In this document: piece after piece, positions 57,741 through 64,000 of the stretch | Numbering within the stretch: position 1 is the first letter of the stretch | Layout of the letters: each line of letters begins with the position of its first letter | DNA from: an uncultured Gemmatimonadota bacterium | Lineage (GTDB): Bacteria; JAAXHH01 | Assembly (NCBI GenBank): GCA_951812955.1 | Contig: OX638340.1 | Span: forward strand, 1,664,001 to 1,728,000 | Direction of reading: 5' to 3' | DNA: 64,000 nt | Translations under genes and position numbers: made by a program | The notes under the pieces: model-generated | The model's input: the letters and a program-made list of their open reading frames with translations, nothing else | Told to the model about the DNA's origin: nothing | The model's database searches: none

Positions 57741-59333
57741 ATGCTTGTAGGGTACGTCAGCGACGAACGATATGTTGCCATTCCTGAAGTCCTGCTCGAA
57801 TTCGAAGCCGGCGGGGAATCCATCGAAGCGCGCTCGCGGGCTACGGGGGCGGTCTACGCGGACGTAACGCCCGGACGGGAATACAGGGTCACGCTGGCAT
57901 GCAGGGATTTCGGATTCAAGAGCGTGTACATGACACCGCGCGAAGACCAACCCTACCATTTCCGGCTGTTGCGGGACGACCTGCTGGGCTACATGTGGCC
58001 CAAGTGGGTCCGTACCGGGGAGAAATCGGAATTCCGCGTGCACGCCGTGGAGGCCTACCAGTTGGAACTCTACCGCTACGGATGGAAGAAGGAATACATC
58101 CGGAACATCGGCTGGTACGACGAGCACGGCCCCCGCGCCACGATGCAGATCACGCCCGATGGCGATTACACGCGGTCCGGGGTGAAGTGGAACACCCAGG
58201 GCTATACCAATCCCGCCCACAAACAATACATCGAGGCGCCGGAACGGTCCGGCCTGTACTACCTGCACGCTTCCACTGAGAACGGCGGTTTCTTTTCCTT
58301 CCCCTGGATCGTCGCACCGGCCGCGCCGTCAGCCGACGTCGCCGTACTGGCCGCCAACATCAACTGGAACGCCTACAACAACTTCGGGGGCCGTAGCAAT
58401 TACATCCACGCCGACGAGTTTCCGCCGACCCCCACGGTCAACGCCCGCTACGACCTGAAGCGGTACACCGATCCCTCGCACCGGATGTACAGCGCGGAAG
58501 ACTATGCGCCGCTCTCCTTCGACCGGCCGGAACCGATAAACCACGTTCCCGAGGACGACGAAGCGATGGACATGATCGCGGGTCGCGCGGCGTGCCACGT
58601 CGCGCCCGCGGAGTGGCGTTACCTGGCCTGGATGGAACGGGAGGGATTCGGCTACGACCTATATGCGGAGACGCAGTTCCATGACGGCACGCTGCCCCTT
58701 GACCGGTACCGGGTGCTGATCACCACTACCCACCCGGAATACTGGTCGAAGGACATGTATTTCCGGCTCAAGGCCTGGGTATTCGAATCAGGTGGCAGGC
58801 TCATGTATCTGGGCGGCAATGGCCTGAATTGCGAGGTCGTGTTCGTCGACGAGTACACCATGAAGGTCATGAACGGCAACATCGATTCTCTCGACCGGCC
58901 AGGGGTGGGCATTGAAAGCCGTTTCAACATCTACAACGAATCGGAAGCCAACCTGCTCGGCGTCGCCTTCACGCGGACGGGGATCATGACCAGCGCGCCT
59001 TACCGCGTGATCGACGCAGGCCACTGGGTCTTCGAAGGTACCGGGGTACAGGAAGGAGATATCTTCGGCGAAGCCAGCCTGCACGAACGGGTCCCCGGCG
59101 GCGCGTCGGGACACGAGACCGACAAGATTACCCCGAGTTCACCGCCGAACACCCACCTGATCGCCAAGGGCACCAACGTGGATGATGGCGGCGCCGAGAT
59201 GGTCGTGCATGAGACGGAAAGCGGCGGGATGGTCTTCTCGGCGGGATCGATCACCTATCCGTCGTCGATCCTCGTCGACGACGTGGTGTCGCGGGTCACG
59301 TCCAACGTGCTGAAGCGGTTTCTGGTGGACTGA
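57741..59333 (+). CDS. N,N-dimethylformamidase large-subunit-like (DmfA2-like) protein
   Basis: Long conserved blocks typical of this family (ANINWNAYNNFGGRSNY, LYGNG-like YLGGNGLNCEV). GGAGG ribosome-binding site 9 nt upstream. Confidence 0.7.
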   Translation: MLVGYVSDERYVAIPEVLLEFEAGGESIEARSRATGAVYADVTPGREYRVTLACRDFGFKSVYMTPREDQPYHFRLLRDDLLGYMWPKWVRTGEKSEFRVHAVEAYQLELYRYGWKKEYIRNIGWYDEHGPRATMQITPDGDYTRSGVKWNTQGYTNPAHKQYIEAPERSGLYYLHASTENGGFFSFPWIVAPAAPSADVAVLAANINWNAYNNFGGRSNYIHADEFPPTPTVNARYDLKRYTDPSHRMYSAEDYAPLSFDRPEPINHVPEDDEAMDMIAGRAACHVAPAEWRYLAWMEREGFGYDLYAETQFHDGTLPLDRYRVLITTTHPEYWSKDMYFRLKAWVFESGGRLMYLGGNGLNCEVVFVDEYTMKVMNGNIDSLDRPGVGIESRFNIYNESEANLLGVAFTRTGIMTSAPYRVIDAGHWVFEGTGVQEGDIFGEASLHERVPGGASGHETDKITPSSPPNTHLIAKGTNVDDGGAEMVVHETESGGMVFSAGSITYPSSILVDDVVSRVTSNVLKRFLVD

Positions 59334-59420
59334 TCGGCGAGCGTTGCCCCGGACTTGAGAGCTTGGGAGCGAGGATCGCGCGGTTTTTCGCACCATCGGA
59401 TCAAGACGCGCACCTCAATC

Positions 59421-60371
59421 CTACAACTTCCTCTGGTAGACCCCCGTCACCCGGTGGTTCATTCCCTTCTCGAGGATCAGGTCCGCCCGTTCTCGGGTTG
59501 GAATGATGTTATCGCGCAGGTTCACCAGGTTGATGTCCCGCCAGATTCCCCTGGCCGTTTCCACGGCCTCTTCCGTACTCAGGCCAGCATAGTGATGGAA
59601 GTAGGACTCGGGATTTTGAAAAGCGGTATCCCGTAGCCTCAGGAACCGGTCGACGTACCACTGCGCCAGATCGTGTTCCTCGGCTTCCACGTAAATCGAG
59701 AAATCGATGAAGTCGGATACGAAGACACGAGGCGACGCGTCGCCGGCCAGGTGATGGCCGGTCTGCAGGATGTTCAACCCCTCCAGGATGATGATATCGG
59801 GCTGCGTGATCGTCTTTTCGACGCCGGGCACGATATCGTAGATCAGATGCCTGTACACCGGAACGGTGACCGTCTCACGGCCCGACTTCACGTCCGCCAT
59901 CATCCGCACCAGACGCCGGAGATCGTAGCTCTCCGGAAAGCCCTTCCGCTGCATGAGTCCTCTTTCCTCAAGGACCCGGTTGGAAAACAGGAATCCGTCC
60001 GTGGTGACCAGGTCCACCCGGGGATGGTTCGGCCAGCGGCTCAGCAGGGCCTGCAGGATACGCGCCGTCGTGCTCTTACCCACCGCCACGCTGCCTCCGA
60101 TACCGATTACGTAGGGCACTTTGGCGGCCGGTTTGCCGAGGAAGGTGTCCATTACCCGGTACAGGTGCTGCGCCGCGCCAACATGCAGGTTGAGAAACCG
60201 CGACATGGGCAGGTACACCTCGGCGACCTCGTCGAGGTGTACCATCTCGTTGATGCCGTGCAGTTCCTTCAGGTCTTCTTCCGACAGCGTCAGCGGCGTA
60301 GCGGCGCGCAGTTCCGACCACTCGTCGCGGGACATGTAGTTGAAAGGGGAAAGAGAAGACGATGGGGACAT
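59421..60371 (-). CDS. coaA: type I pantothenate kinase
   Basis: P-loop [12 protein letters not shown] and full-length CoaA similarity (~316 aa). Confidence 0.85.
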   Translation of the reverse strand: MSPSSSLSPFNYMSRDEWSELRAATPLTLSEEDLKELHGINEMVHLDEVAEVYLPMSRFLNLHVGAAQHLYRVMDTFLGKPAAKVPYVIGIGGSVAVGKSTTARILQALLSRWPNHPRVDLVTTDGFLFSNRVLEERGLMQRKGFPESYDLRRLVRMMADVKSGRETVTVPVYRHLIYDIVPGVEKTITQPDIIILEGLNILQTGHHLAGDASPRVFVSDFIDFSIYVEAEEHDLAQWYVDRFLRLRDTAFQNPESYFHHYAGLSTEEAVETARGIWRDINLVNLRDNIIPTRERADLILEKGMNHRVTGVYQRKL

Positions 60372-60441
60372 GGCTTCCTTCCGAATGGTTCCAATGGGAC
60401 CACTGATCTATCGCGGGGATGCCCGCGGACCGGCCGGCCGA

Positions 60442-61551
60442 TCAGTCTATCACGGCCCTTTCGACCATCTGTTGTTCGAGCAGTTCCGGCACGGGTTCCG
60501 CCCCCGCGCCGGGCGTATCAGAAAGGACCATTTGCGATGGGCCCGAAAGTTCCAGTCGCGGCGCGCTCAGGTCCCGCTCGTAGAACCTGGTACTGGGAAA
60601 AACGTCCGATGGGTATTTCATATTGGGCAGCGTCGCCAGCGCCATGCAGAACGAAGCGCCCAGGGCCGATTCGAGCATGCCGCCCGTCCAGCAGGGAACG
60701 CCCTCCTCTTCGCATATCCGGTTCACCTCGAGCGCCTGGGTCACCCCGCCGACCCGGGCGGGCTTGATGTTGATCCACCGGGCCGCGCCTATGCTGATCG
60801 CCTTTCGGGCCCTGTCGGGTGACGTAATGCTCTCGTCCAGGCATATCGGCGTCTCGATCGCGCTTTGCAACTCGGCGTGGTCGACCAGGTCGTCCCGCAT
60901 CAGCGGCTGCTCGATCATGGCCAGGTTGTACCGGTCCAGTTTCCTGAACATGGGCAGGTCGTCCAGCGTGTATCCGCTGTTGCAGTCGATGTGAAAAACG
61001 GAGTCCGGGAAGGCCGATCGGACCGCCGCGATCATGTCCAGATCCCATCCCCGGCTGTACTTCAGCTTGATCCGCTTGAAGCCCGCCTCCACGGCCTGCT
61101 CGATATTGCCCAGCAGCATGTCGATACTGTCCTGCACGCCGAAGTCCGCGCCAACCTCGATGACCGGCCCTTTGCCGCCAATCACCTGCCAGAGCGGCTT
61201 GCCCTCCATCCGGGCGTGCAGGTCCCACCACGCCGCGTCCAGGCCTCCCTTGGCGAAGTAGTTGCCCGCGACCCAGGCGCAGGTCTCGTGCAGATCCCGG
61301 CCGCTGTCGACCCGCCTGCCCACCAGCAGGGGAGCGAGCACGTCACGGGTCACGGCGTATACACCGGCCGTGTATTCCGGGCTGTAGGTTGGCCGGGCGA
61401 GGGGAGTCGTCTCGCCCCAGCCCACGGCATCGCCGGCATGCATCTTCACGATGACGCTCTCGATGACGTCGTCACTGCCGTAGGCCGTGCGCCACGGATA
61501 GATCAGGGGCATGGCGACGTGATATAGCTCGACTGCGTCGATGACGGGCAT
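60442..61551 (-). CDS. enolase-superfamily enzyme (o-succinylbenzoate synthase / N-acylamino-acid racemase subgroup)
   Basis: KLK, DCN and D-E-S barrel ligands (RIKLKYS, HIDCNSGY, CLDESI). Confidence 0.75.
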   Translation of the reverse strand: MPVIDAVELYHVAMPLIYPWRTAYGSDDVIESVIVKMHAGDAVGWGETTPLARPTYSPEYTAGVYAVTRDVLAPLLVGRRVDSGRDLHETCAWVAGNYFAKGGLDAAWWDLHARMEGKPLWQVIGGKGPVIEVGADFGVQDSIDMLLGNIEQAVEAGFKRIKLKYSRGWDLDMIAAVRSAFPDSVFHIDCNSGYTLDDLPMFRKLDRYNLAMIEQPLMRDDLVDHAELQSAIETPICLDESITSPDRARKAISIGAARWINIKPARVGGVTQALEVNRICEEEGVPCWTGGMLESALGASFCMALATLPNMKYPSDVFPSTRFYERDLSAPRLELSGPSQMVLSDTPGAGAEPVPELLEQQMVERAVID

Positions 61552-61557
61552 AGCGTC

Positions 61558-62769
61558 CTACCCTCTCAGATCGGACAGCAACCGGCCGGTGACCGCCTCC
61601 GCGAAGGCGGGATCGTTGATGTTGCAGTCCATCTCCGTCACCGTCACGTCGCCGGATACGTTCGATTTGATGGCGTCGTAAAGGGCCTGGTCGGCATCGG
61701 GCCACCAGAACTCGTTCCCAGGGCTGTCCAGGATGGACACGCCCTTCAAGGGGAGAAAGATCGACACCGGCCCACCGGAGGCGTTGGCCTTCTCCGCGAT
61801 AATCTCGCCGAGACGGACATTCTCCTCCACGTTGGTCCGCATCAGGGTGATGTTCGGATTCCATTTGTGCAACCTGCGGTTCCGGTACTTCTCCGGCACC
61901 GTGTCCGGCGCCCAGAAGTTGACCATATCCAGGCAACCCGGCACGATCACCTGTGGAATGCCCGCCCTGCCCGCGGCATCCATACGTTCGGGACCCGCTG
62001 TCAGGACGCCTCCGGCCAGTTCGTCGGCCCATTCCGTGGTGGTGATGTCGAGTACGCCCTCGATCAGGCCCTCGTCGATCAGGCCCTCCATGGTTCGGCC
62101 GCCCGCGCCGGTGCAGTGGAAGACAAGCACCTCATAGCCCGCTTCCTCCATGATGGCCCGGGCCAGGTCCACGGCCTCGGTGGTGTTGCCGAACATGCTG
62201 GCGGTGATCAGCGGCTTGTCTTCTGCCGCTTCCTGTACGTCGGTTTCAACCATCCCCGCGATCGCGCCCGCGGCGTTGGCAAAGATCCGCCGGCTGATGC
62301 GGTTGATTCCGGCCACGTCCACGACGGAGGGGATCATCACCACGTCCTTGATCCCCACGTAGTTGGTCGTATCTCCGGCAGCCACGGTGGACACCATCAC
62401 CTTGGGCACCCCGACGGGCAGCGCCCGCATAGCGCTCGTGCCTACCGCGGTACCGGCGGAACCGCCCATGCTTATGATTCCATCGAACACGCCGGCTTCA
62501 TACAGGCCCTGCGCGATCTCCGCGACGCCTGCCGCCATGGCGTCAATAGCCTCGCCGCGGTCGCCGCGCTTCTTCAACGCTGCTATCGTCGTGCCGGCGG
62601 CCTCTGCGACCTGGTCCTTCGACACGTCCGCTTCGAAAGCGGAATCCCCGATGACACCCGTATCGATGATCAACGTCCCGTGTCCGTGTCGTTCTATCTC
62701 GTCTTTCACGAAGGCGAATTCGTCTCCCTTGGTATCGAGCGCGCCTACGATGGCAATGGTTTTAGGCAT
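61558..62769 (-). CDS. UPF0261 (Tm-1-like) family protein
   Basis: Characteristic N-terminus MPKTIAIVGALDTKGDE. ATG 62769 with a GGAGAGGGA ribosome-binding site. Confidence 0.65.
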   Translation of the reverse strand: MPKTIAIVGALDTKGDEFAFVKDEIERHGHGTLIIDTGVIGDSAFEADVSKDQVAEAAGTTIAALKKRGDRGEAIDAMAAGVAEIAQGLYEAGVFDGIISMGGSAGTAVGTSAMRALPVGVPKVMVSTVAAGDTTNYVGIKDVVMIPSVVDVAGINRISRRIFANAAGAIAGMVETDVQEAAEDKPLITASMFGNTTEAVDLARAIMEEAGYEVLVFHCTGAGGRTMEGLIDEGLIEGVLDITTTEWADELAGGVLTAGPERMDAAGRAGIPQVIVPGCLDMVNFWAPDTVPEKYRNRRLHKWNPNITLMRTNVEENVRLGEIIAEKANASGGPVSIFLPLKGVSILDSPGNEFWWPDADQALYDAIKSNVSGDVTVTEMDCNINDPAFAEAVTGRLLSDLRG

Positions 62770-63123
62770 TGCATTCCCTCTCCAAGTCTGGTATCGATTT
62801 GCGATATAATCCTTCTTAATCCGACTAATCAAGTTACAGGTACGCGAAGATATTGTACATACCTTTATACCAAGTGTTTCGAGTTCATAACGCCGCGACC
62901 ACAACGCTCCCGGACACCGTTTGTGCCAGGTAAATTGATGGCTCCGGACGGCAAACCATTAGATTATTACGACCTGAGGAGGACAATACGGCATCGTGTG
63001 CGCAATGCAGGAATAAGTACCTTGACATGGATGGTAAATCATTACTTATTACGTAACGAATTATGTATCAGTCAGCCTTAGCATGAGGATGTGGAAAGCG
63101 GTGAGTGGTTCAACTTGCATTGA

Positions 63124-63471
63124 ATGGTTCAACTCTTGGATATCGTCTTCAAATCACAAAAGCTTGCTCAGATATTCAATTCAGAGAACAACCTCAAGAA
63201 GAAGTACGGGACAAAGTGTTCGCGTACCATAATGATAAGAATGTCCGTTTTGAGAAACGCCAGTACTTTGGAAATTGTACCGAAAACCCCGCCTGACCGG
63301 TGCCACCAGTTAAAAGGGCGTCGTAAGGGGCAATTCGCGGTGGAACTGGATGCAACGCGAAGGCTCGTCTTCAAACCGAACCATGAACAGACTCCACTTT
63401 CAAACGATGGCGGTATAGACTTGAATGGCGTGACAGCAATAATGATCCTCGATGTAACGGAATATCATTGA
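63124..63471 (+). CDS. higB: HigB-family toxin (RelE/ParE superfamily, COG3549-type)
   Basis: Conserved block HQLKGRRKGQFAVELDATRRLVFKP…DVTEYH. AT-rich local context. Confidence 0.75.
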   Translation: MVQLLDIVFKSQKLAQIFNSENNLKKKYGTKCSRTIMIRMSVLRNASTLEIVPKTPPDRCHQLKGRRKGQFAVELDATRRLVFKPNHEQTPLSNDGGIDLNGVTAIMILDVTEYH

Positions 63472-63510
63472 AGGTGGAGATACGAGGGACTATCTCCGCA
63501 GGAGGAAACC

Positions 63511-64000
63511 GTGGAGTCGCAGAAATATCAGTACCGGCCGGACTACGCAGTGCAGCCAGGATGGGTCTTGGAAGAGAGATTGGACGCGCATGGCATGACG
63601 CACGCTGAATTCGCACGCAGGTGTGATCGTTCACCGAAGCTCATCAGCGAAATCATCGCTGGGAAGGCTCCGATCGTACCAGAGACTGCTTTTCAATTTG
63701 AATTGGTGTTAGGCGTTGATGCCAGTATCTGGTTAGGTATAGAGGCTGACTATCGTCTATACTTGATCCGTGCTATTGCCGAAAAAAGAGCAGAAGCCGC
63801 TGGCACGTGGTCCAGATCATTTCCAGTTAGAGACCTAGCCAAACGAGGGGTAATCCGCAAATCGGCATCTACGGGTAAGGCGGCATCTGAGCTACTGGCT
63901 TTCTTCGGTGTAGCATCAGTAAATGCATGGAAGATGAAGTACGAAAACGTAAATGCCGCCTTTCGTCAATCACCGTCATTCGAAAGCGACAGAGCTGCAT
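63511..64000 (+). CDS. higA: HigA-family XRE-HTH antitoxin (long form), 3' end outside the window
   Basis: My own translation from GTG 63511 (GGAGGA ribosome-binding site at 63501-63506) gives …QPGWVLEERLDAHGMTHAEFARRCDRSPKLISEIIAGKAPIVPETAFQFELVLGVDASIWLGIEADYRLY…, the COG3093 HTH. The frame is still open at 64000. Confidence 0.7.
   Translation, partial: MESQKYQYRPDYAVQPGWVLEERLDAHGMTHAEFARRCDRSPKLISEIIAGKAPIVPETAFQFELVLGVDASIWLGIEADYRLYLIRAIAEKRAEAAGTWSRSFPVRDLAKRGVIRKSASTGKAASELLAFFGVASVNAWKMKYENVNAAFRQSPSFESDRAA

Overview
This is a high-GC (~65%) bacterial chromosomal segment, probably from an uncultured or environmental organism, with about 60 genes and three short AT-rich islets that look horizontally acquired. 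Function calls come from reading the translated ORFs for family motifs; none was checked against a database. Core genes: pgk (3' part), a LysR regulator divergent from an IMPDH-family gene, queE, nhaA, coaA, a MATE exporter, a voltage-gated K+ channel, mltB, an M42 peptidase, a CocE/NonD hydrolase, SDR and Gfo/Idh/MocA oxidoreductases, three enolase-superfamily paralogs, several sugar kinases and HAD hydrolases, and a UxaA-like dehydratase of double length. Things that deserve a second look: (1) a secreted redoxin (thioredoxin-fold) gene where an in-frame TGA sits at the first Cys of the CxxC motif and a hairpin follows, consistent with a UxxC selenoprotein; (2) an envelope-stress module of an ECF sigma factor, an anti-sigma factor and three Spy/CpxP-like LTXXQ proteins, with an identical GGAATAAAA-N15-TCTAATCA promoter motif in front of the sigma operon and one Spy gene; (3) a molybdoenzyme whose FeS and NrfD-like membrane subunits are fused and whose catalytic subunit has no Tat signal (cytoplasm-facing, SoeABC-like topology), preceded by a flavin reductase; (4) a PspA/IM30 operon with a TAXI-like binding protein carrying a long Arg/Ser/Thr-rich disordered linker; (5) AT-rich islets carrying an orphan 560-aa membrane protein, a PD-(D/E)xK-motif protein, a HigB/HigA pair, and an orphan HigA with a decayed HigB remnant followed by an APH-family kinase; (6) several unusual tandem-repeat arrays (21-bp palindromic x8, 38-bp x4 duplicating a gene 3' end, 23-bp x3 across a stop/start junction, 12-bp x4-5 in a divergent promoter, iteron-like repeats). 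No rRNA, tRNA or CRISPR was found. The redoxin and the islet ORFs are hypotheses that need Sec-machinery, homology and structure searches I could not run.
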